64,000 nucleotides of DNA from an uncultured Melioribacter sp. (GTDB lineage: Bacteria > Bacteroidota > Ignavibacteria > Ignavibacteriales > Melioribacteraceae). The DNA lies in NCBI GenBank assembly GCA_964441505.1, contig CAYTUV010000002.1, forward strand, positions 9,546-73,545. The letters run 5' to 3'. Made by a program: the position numbers and the translations under genes. Positions 58,545-64,000 of the stretch are shown one piece after another (the first letter of the stretch is position 1; the number at the start of each line of letters is the position of its first letter). The notes under the pieces were generated by a model. The model worked only from the letters and a program-made list of their open reading frames with translations. It was not told where the DNA came from and did not search any database.

Positions 58545-59452
58545 AAATGACATATGCAGATATTGTACTTGACCTTATCAACAAAGATGATCGGTATATG
58601 ATCATGACTTCGGAAAACAGAGCGGCGTTTCGAAACCTTCCGCCGTTAATTAAAAATAATTTTATTGACACCGGTATTGCAGAACAAACATTAATTGGAA
58701 TGGCTGCGGGGCTGGCCCTTCGCGGAAGAATTCCAATCGTTCATGCGCTTGCTACATTTTTGACGATGAGGGCATTTGAATTTATCCGGACTGATGTTGG
58801 AATTGGGAATCTGCCTGTAAAAATTGTTGGTGCGGTACCCGGATTCTTATCAGACGGTAACGGTCCGACCCACCAGGCAATAGAAGATGTGTCGATCATG
58901 CGGGGTATTCCGAATATGAATGTATTTTGCCCTGCTGATGAAGATGATATGTTAAAAGGATTGGCCGCGGTTTTTAAAAGTCCATCTCCGTTTTATATCC
59001 GTTACAACAATACAGATCCTGTTGTAAAGCATGCCAAATTTGAAATTGGCAAGGCCGAAGTTATTGGAGAAGGAAAAGACGTAGCAATTCTTGTCTACGG
59101 ATTTCTATTCGGTCAAGCATTCAATGCAAAACAAATTCTGGAATCGAAAGGATTTTCGGTTCGATTGATAAATATTCGTACTCCTAAACCAATCGATGAA
59201 GAAACTATTTTAGAAGCTGTTGATGAATGTAAATTGATCGTAACCATGGAAGATCATTTTATCACCGGCGGATTATATTCGATTCTTGCCGAAGTCCTTT
59301 TAAGAAATAGAAAAACAGCAAACGTTCTCCCCTTTGCGTTAATGAATAAATGGTTTAAACCAGCATTGCTGAATGATGTACTCGAGTACGAGGGATTTAC
59401 TTGCGAGAAAATTGCGGAAAGAATTTCCAAGCTGTTGGCTATTAGCGTTTAG
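58541..59452 (+). CDS. Transketolase, C-terminal (Pyr) subunit
   Basis: 'DTGIAEQTLIGMAAGLALRG', 'FLTMRAFEFIR', 'GPTHQAIEDVSIMRGIPNM'. Confidence 0.85.
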   Translation: MKMTYADIVLDLINKDDRYMIMTSENRAAFRNLPPLIKNNFIDTGIAEQTLIGMAAGLALRGRIPIVHALATFLTMRAFEFIRTDVGIGNLPVKIVGAVPGFLSDGNGPTHQAIEDVSIMRGIPNMNVFCPADEDDMLKGLAAVFKSPSPFYIRYNNTDPVVKHAKFEIGKAEVIGEGKDVAILVYGFLFGQAFNAKQILESKGFSVRLINIRTPKPIDEETILEAVDECKLIVTMEDHFITGGLYSILAEVLLRNRKTANVLPFALMNKWFKPALLNDVLEYEGFTCEKIAERISKLLAISV

Positions 59453-59460
59453 ATGTTAGC
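59431..59460. repeat. Left inverted repeat flanking the four-helix-bundle gene
   Basis: GCTGTTGGCTATTAGCGTTTAGATGTTAGC matches the reverse complement of 59836-59865 at 22/30 positions. Confidence 0.5.
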
Positions 59461-59490
59461 TTATTTCTAAGCAATAATCAGGAAAGAGAC

Positions 59491-59847
59491 ATGAGAGACT
59501 TTAAGAAATTAAAAGTATGGGAAAGAGCTCATAACTTAGCTCTAAACCTTTATAAGTTGACTAAATCTTTTCCAAAAGAAGAACTTTATGGGATTACTTC
59601 TCAATTAAGGAGGGCAGTAATTTCGATTCCAACAAACATTGCTGAAGGAAGTGGAAAACAAACTGAAAAAGAATTTGCCAGATATTTAAGTATTGCTGCT
59701 GGTTCTGCTAGTGAAACTGAATATTTAATAATTCTATCCAAAGATTTAAAGTTTATAAAAGAATCAGTCGCAGCCGATTTAATTATAGAAATAAATGAAA
59801 TTAAGAAAATGCTAAATGCATTGATGATTAAAATTGCTAATGGCTAA
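59491..59847 (+). CDS. Four-helix-bundle protein (23S rRNA intervening-sequence protein / Avd-like family)
   Basis: 'FKKLKVWERAHNLALNLYKLTKSFPKEELYGITSQLRRAVISIPTNIAEGSG...EF.RYLSIA.GSASETEY'. Confidence 0.8.
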   Translation: MRDFKKLKVWERAHNLALNLYKLTKSFPKEELYGITSQLRRAVISIPTNIAEGSGKQTEKEFARYLSIAAGSASETEYLIILSKDLKFIKESVAADLIIEINEIKKMLNALMIKIANG

Positions 59848-59865
59848 AAGCCAATAGCTAACTGC
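59836..59865. repeat. Right inverted repeat flanking the four-helix-bundle gene
   Basis: GCTAATGGCTAAAAGCCAATAGCTAACTGC. See the left repeat. Confidence 0.5.
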
Positions 59866-59877
59866 TGGAGATTCACG

Positions 59878-61212
59878 ATGCCGAACAAAATTAGTTTAAC
59901 AAACAACTTTCCATCCATCACAAAATCGGATGAACTTTACAATCGTGCAGTTGGATTAATCCCATCTGTTACTCAAACACTCGCTAAGGGGCCTTCGCAA
60001 TGGATTAAAGGCGTTGCGCCAAAATATCTGGTGAAGGGAAAAGGATCTCACGTTTGGGATGTTGATGGCAACGAATACATAGATTATATGATGGGGGTCG
60101 GCCCCCTTTCACTTGGATATGCATACCCAAAAGTTGATGAGGCGATAAAAAAGCAATTAGAAGACGGGATTACGTTTTCTATGATGCATCCTCTTGAAGT
60201 TGAGGTTGCCGAGATGATTCACGATATAATTCCAAACGCCGAAGCAGTCCGCTACAGTAAAACCGGAGCGGATGCAGCAAGCGCAGCAGTCAGGCTTGCA
60301 CGCGCATATACCGGAAAAAATAAAATTCTCTGCTGTGGCTATCACGGCTGGCATGATTGGTATATTGCGGTTACTGCGCGCAATCACGGAATTCCGGAAG
60401 CTGTCCAGGCAATGTCCTATACATTTAATTATAATGATCTTGATTCAGTTAAGAATTCTATTGATGATGATGTTGCTGCAATAATCCTCGAGCCGGTAGT
60501 TTTTAATGAACCAAAAGATAATTTTCTTCATAAACTATCTGAGTTGTGTGAGCAGAAAGGAATTGTTCTTATCTTTGATGAGATGTGGACAGGATTTAGA
60601 ATGGCTCTTGGCGGAGCCCAGGAGTATTTTGGAATTACACCCGATCTTGCAACATATTCTAAGGCGGTTGCCAATGGAATGCCAATTTCAATTCTGACAG
60701 GCAAAAGAAAAATTATGGATCTCGCAGATGAAGATATATTTTTCTACACAACGTTTGGCGGTGAAGCACTTTCATTGGCCGCGGCAAAAATAACGATTAA
60801 CGAGCTTCGTGAAAAAAACGTTCCGGCGTATCTGGATAAGCAGGGGGCAGAATTAAAAGACGGATACAACAAACTTGTAGTTAAACTAGGATTGGATTTT
60901 ACGAAGGCAATCGGATACAACTGGCGCTCCATGGCAACGTTCGATGAAAAGGCAGGAGATCCGCTAATACAGAAATCTTTGATGCAGCAGGAAATGATCA
61001 AACGCGGGGTTCTGTGGCAGGGATTCCACAATATGTCATACTCTCACACTGATATTGATGTCGAATATACTATGCAAGCTTTGGAGGAATCGCTTTTGGT
61101 ATTGAAAAAGGCTGTTCAGGAAAACAAGTTAAGAGAAACACTCCATGGAGAACCGGTGCAACCCGTCTTTAGAAAAGTTGATAACTTCAACATGAAACCG
61201 GTAAAAAAATAA
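59878..61212 (+). CDS. Class-III PLP aminotransferase (glutamate-1-semialdehyde-aminomutase-like)
   Basis: 'YSKTGADAASAAVRLARAYTG', 'GYHGWHDWY', 'IFDEMWTGFR', PLP-Lys context 'TYSKAVANG'. Confidence 0.8.
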   Translation: MPNKISLTNNFPSITKSDELYNRAVGLIPSVTQTLAKGPSQWIKGVAPKYLVKGKGSHVWDVDGNEYIDYMMGVGPLSLGYAYPKVDEAIKKQLEDGITFSMMHPLEVEVAEMIHDIIPNAEAVRYSKTGADAASAAVRLARAYTGKNKILCCGYHGWHDWYIAVTARNHGIPEAVQAMSYTFNYNDLDSVKNSIDDDVAAIILEPVVFNEPKDNFLHKLSELCEQKGIVLIFDEMWTGFRMALGGAQEYFGITPDLATYSKAVANGMPISILTGKRKIMDLADEDIFFYTTFGGEALSLAAAKITINELREKNVPAYLDKQGAELKDGYNKLVVKLGLDFTKAIGYNWRSMATFDEKAGDPLIQKSLMQQEMIKRGVLWQGFHNMSYSHTDIDVEYTMQALEESLLVLKKAVQENKLRETLHGEPVQPVFRKVDNFNMKPVKK

Positions 61213-61309
61213 TTCTCAACCGTTATCGATAGATATTTAATTTGTAATGGGATATTTTTCAACTCAAGTTGAATGGCCTTTTATATTCATTTTAATTCGG
61301 AGAACCATT

Positions 61310-61894
61310 ATGAAAAAGATAATCTTGATCTTAGGATTATTCTTTTTTTGCGCATCTCAGATCTCTTTTGCTCAGGAAAAAACAACCGAGAAAAGAATTA
61401 CAACAGATTCTAAGGGAAAGAAAGATAGCACCGAAGCGATGATTATTTCCGAAACCGAGGATATTACACCACGTGAGAATATGCTGATAATCAATCCGTT
61501 GAAGTTTTTTTTGTTTTACAATCTGAGCTTCTACCGTAAAATTGATAATGCCCTTGTACTCGGCGGAGGATTCCAGTTGCCGACTCTTAAAGATATAAGT
61601 GGATTTGGTGTAAATGCAGAGCTCAGGATACATCCCAGTAAGAAAGCTCTACGAGGATTTTATATTGCACCGAATTTATCATTTAATAATCTGTCAACAT
61701 CAAGAACAAATTCAAACGCTCAAGCCTTCTCAATAGGTGTATTAGCCGGCTGGCAATGGTTTCCGGGAAATGACTTTGCGATGGGCTTGGGAATTGGAAT
61801 TGACCATTACTTTCTTTCTGATTCGAAAGATGCATTTACTTCTTACGACGGAAACGTTCCTGCTGTAAGATTCGATATTGGATACGCCTGGTAA
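61310..61894 (+). CDS. Small outer-membrane beta-barrel protein embedded in the glycan cluster
   Basis: The ATG at 61310 gives the signal peptide 'KKIILILGLFFFCASQISFAQ'. C-terminal 'RFDIGYAW'. Confidence 0.5.
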   Translation: MKKIILILGLFFFCASQISFAQEKTTEKRITTDSKGKKDSTEAMIISETEDITPRENMLIINPLKFFLFYNLSFYRKIDNALVLGGGFQLPTLKDISGFGVNAELRIHPSKKALRGFYIAPNLSFNNLSTSRTNSNAQAFSIGVLAGWQWFPGNDFAMGLGIGIDHYFLSDSKDAFTSYDGNVPAVRFDIGYAW

Positions 61895-61955
61895 AAGAAT
61901 AAGCCATCCAGAGCAGCATTAGTTATCAAATCACCAATTGAAACTGGAATACCTA

Positions 61956-62759
61956 ATGAATATGTTTTCACTAAAAAATAAGACTGCAATCGTAACCGGT
62001 GCACTGGGATTAATTGGCAAAGAACATTGCAAGGCATTAAGCGAAGCTGGCGCCAACGTTATTGTGGCCGATTTGAATGAATCCGAATGCATTGAGCTTT
62101 CTGAATCATTGTCGACTGAATCAATTGGTATTGAAATGGATGTGACTGATCCGGAATCAATAAAAAGAATGCGGGATTCCGTTTTAGAAAAATTCTTTCA
62201 CATCGACGTTCTGGTGAACAATGCGGCAATCAACGATATGTTTGAAAATCCGAAAGCAGCATCCGAGCAATCAAAGTTTGAAAATTATCCGCTCGAGTTG
62301 TGGCAGAAATCTGTTGACGTAAATTTAACCGGCGTTTTTTTATGCTCACAGATTTTGGGAACGGAAATGGCAAAACAAAAATCGGGAAGTATAATTAACA
62401 TTGCTTCTACTTACGGAATAACAGCTCCGGATCAATCTCTTTACATCAAAGAGGATGGAACTCAACTGTTTTACAAACCTCCTGCATACTCTGCAACAAA
62501 AGGTGCTGTAATTGCCTTTACAAAATATCTTGCCGCATACTGGGGCAAGAATGGCGTGCGTGTTAATACTCTGTCTCCCGGCGGTGTAGAAAATTCTCAG
62601 GATGATTTTTTTATTGAGAAATACTCTGCGAGAACTCCGCTCGGAAGAATGGCCAGACCTGCTGATTACAAAGGTGCATTAGTCTTCCTTGCGAGTGATG
62701 CATCAAATTATATGACCGGCGCAAACCTGGTTGTTGACGGCGGATGGACTGCCTGGTAA
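61956..62759 (+). CDS. SDR-family oxidoreductase
   Basis: 'TGALGLIGKE', 'NNAA', 'YSATKGAV', 'NTLSPGG'. Confidence 0.85.
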   Translation: MNMFSLKNKTAIVTGALGLIGKEHCKALSEAGANVIVADLNESECIELSESLSTESIGIEMDVTDPESIKRMRDSVLEKFFHIDVLVNNAAINDMFENPKAASEQSKFENYPLELWQKSVDVNLTGVFLCSQILGTEMAKQKSGSIINIASTYGITAPDQSLYIKEDGTQLFYKPPAYSATKGAVIAFTKYLAAYWGKNGVRVNTLSPGGVENSQDDFFIEKYSARTPLGRMARPADYKGALVFLASDASNYMTGANLVVDGGWTAW

Positions 62760-62805
62760 CTTTTGACTAAATGAATGCTTATTTTCAACTAACTAAAGAA
62801 ATTTT

Positions 62806-63354
62806 ATGTCGAAGAAAAAATTAACTCCAAAACAAATCCTGAAAAAGGCATCGAAGATTAAATTGCTTCTAACGGATGTTGATGGTGTTCTAACCGATAC
62901 AGGTGTTTATTATTCGGCCAAAGGCGAAGAGATGAAACGATTCTCAATTCGCGATGGAATGGGTATTGAGCGATTAAGAGAACTGGTTGGTGTTGAAACT
63001 GGAATTATCACACGTGAAAATTCAAAGATAGTGAAAAGCCGGGCCCGGAAATTGAAAATTGACGAACTGCATCTTGGAGTTTTCGAGAAAGATAAAACAT
63101 TAGATGAAATTCTTTTAAGAAGAAATCTTTTGGCGGAGGAAGTTGCCTACATTGGAGATGACACCAACGATCTTGAGATTCTGGTGAAAGCCGGACTAAG
63201 CGCTTGTCCCAATGACGCGACCAGTTTTGCAAAAAATGTTTCTGATGTAATCGTTAAAAGCAGAGGCGGCTTTGGCGCGGTAAGAGATTTTGCGGAAATT
63301 ATAATCACTGCTAAGCAGTCGAAAACGAAAAAAAAGAAAGGAACACATGAATAG
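62806..63354 (+). CDS. HAD-IIIA KdsC-type ulosonate-phosphate phosphatase
   Basis: 'LLLTDVDGVLTD', 'YIGDDTNDL'. Overlaps the NeuB-like gene by 8 nt. Confidence 0.8.
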   Translation: MSKKKLTPKQILKKASKIKLLLTDVDGVLTDTGVYYSAKGEEMKRFSIRDGMGIERLRELVGVETGIITRENSKIVKSRARKLKIDELHLGVFEKDKTLDEILLRRNLLAEEVAYIGDDTNDLEILVKAGLSACPNDATSFAKNVSDVIVKSRGGFGAVRDFAEIIITAKQSKTKKKKGTHE

Positions 63355-64000
63355 CAGAATTCAAATCGGGAAAAATTTTATTGGAGAAGGCGAGCCTGTA
63401 TACATAATAGCAGAGATCGGCATAAATCATAACGGTTCACTGGAACTTGCCAGGAGATTAATTGACGGCGCTGTCTTTGCCGGATGCGATGCGGTAAAAT
63501 TTCAAAAAAGGACACCGGAGCTTTGCGTTCCCAGGGATCAATGGGAAATAGAGCGGGAAACACCTTGGGGAAGAATTTCGTACATCGATTATCGCCGGAA
63601 GGTTGAATTTGGTTTTGAAGAATATTTGGAGATTGATTGTTATTGTAAAGAAAAAGGTATCGACTGGTTCGCATCAGCCTGGGATGAAACAGCCGTTGAT
63701 TTTTTGGAAAAGTTCAAACCGGTGATTTACAAACTCTCTTCGGCCTCCCTTACCGATCACTCACTCTTAAAAAAAGTCAGAGCTACTGGTAAACCGATGA
63801 TCCTGTCAACAGGAATGTCGACAATTGAGGAAATCGAGGAAGCACTAAAATTGATAGGTAAAGAAAATTTACTAATCGCACAGTCGACATCTACTTATCC
63901 ATGTGCTATTGAGGAACTTAATATTAACGTTATAAGAACATACAAAGAGAAATTCCCGGGTGTGCAGATTGGTTACTCAGGTCATGAGACCGGATTAGCT
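63347..64000 (+). CDS. NeuB/SpsE-like PEP-condensing (non)ulosonate synthase, 3'-truncated by window end
   Basis: Read by hand in frame from the ATG at 63347: 'IGEGEPVYIIAEIGINHNGSLELARRLIDGAVFAGCDAVKFQKR...KLSSASLTD..LL...TGKPMILSTGMST...STSTYP'. No stop before 64000. Confidence 0.8.
   Translation, partial: MNSRIQIGKNFIGEGEPVYIIAEIGINHNGSLELARRLIDGAVFAGCDAVKFQKRTPELCVPRDQWEIERETPWGRISYIDYRRKVEFGFEEYLEIDCYCKEKGIDWFASAWDETAVDFLEKFKPVIYKLSSASLTDHSLLKKVRATGKPMILSTGMSTIEEIEEALKLIGKENLLIAQSTSTYPCAIEELNINVIRTYKEKFPGVQIGYSGHETGLA

Noticed and set aside
61247-61309. Upstream ATG at 61247 as the start of the OM barrel gene
   Set aside because: The extra 21 residues ('MGYFSTQVEWPFIFILIRRTI') would bury the canonical signal peptide that begins at Met-61310.

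Overview
AT-rich bacterial chromosomal segment (composition judged by eye, not computed). It is most consistent with an FCB-group organism (Ignavibacteriota/Bacteroidota-like). That placement is inferred from a FISUMP-domain lipoprotein, a T9SS-like C-terminal tail on the YddW-like hydrolase, a mitochondrial-type aconitase, MORN-variant repeats and many small OM beta-barrels. About 65 genes are supported, mostly housekeeping: trmO, pepF with an OPT transporter, gmhA, tex, aconitase, aroK-aroB, ppiD, an SSS transporter, coaD, rsmD, comEA, hrcA-grpE-dnaJ, purM, dacB and prmA. There is a near-complete menaquinone operon (menF-D-H-B-A-C-E plus a convergent hotdog thioesterase). At the 3' end lies a glycan cluster for a CMP-activated ulosonic/nonulosonic-type sugar (SpsF-like cytidylyltransferase, split transketolase, class-III aminotransferase, SDR, KdsC-like phosphatase, NeuB-like synthase running off the window). 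I recognised no rRNA, tRNA, CRISPR array, integrase or transposase. Accessory content comprises four type II toxin-antitoxin pairs (YoeB/antitoxin, HicB/HicA, RelE/antitoxin, MNT/HepT), a TA-bounded islet at 34.8-38.1 kb with a structured-RNA candidate, an orphan HEPN-like gene, and several families of imperfect palindromic intergenic elements. Observations most worth follow-up: (1) the aconitase carries a lysine-rich histone-H1-like tail; (2) MNT/HepT is wedged into the men operon with a 2-nt gap and a 1-nt overlap; (3) TatD is fused to its 'associated' radical-SAM partner; (4) an Avd/23S-IVS-type four-helix-bundle gene sits between 30-bp inverted repeats inside the sugar operon; (5) a receiver domain is fused to two RAM domains with no HTH; (6) a ~110-nt rod-like RNA plus terminator lies upstream of a lipoprotein/beta-barrel pair. 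All functional calls rest on motif recognition by eye. No database search was run.
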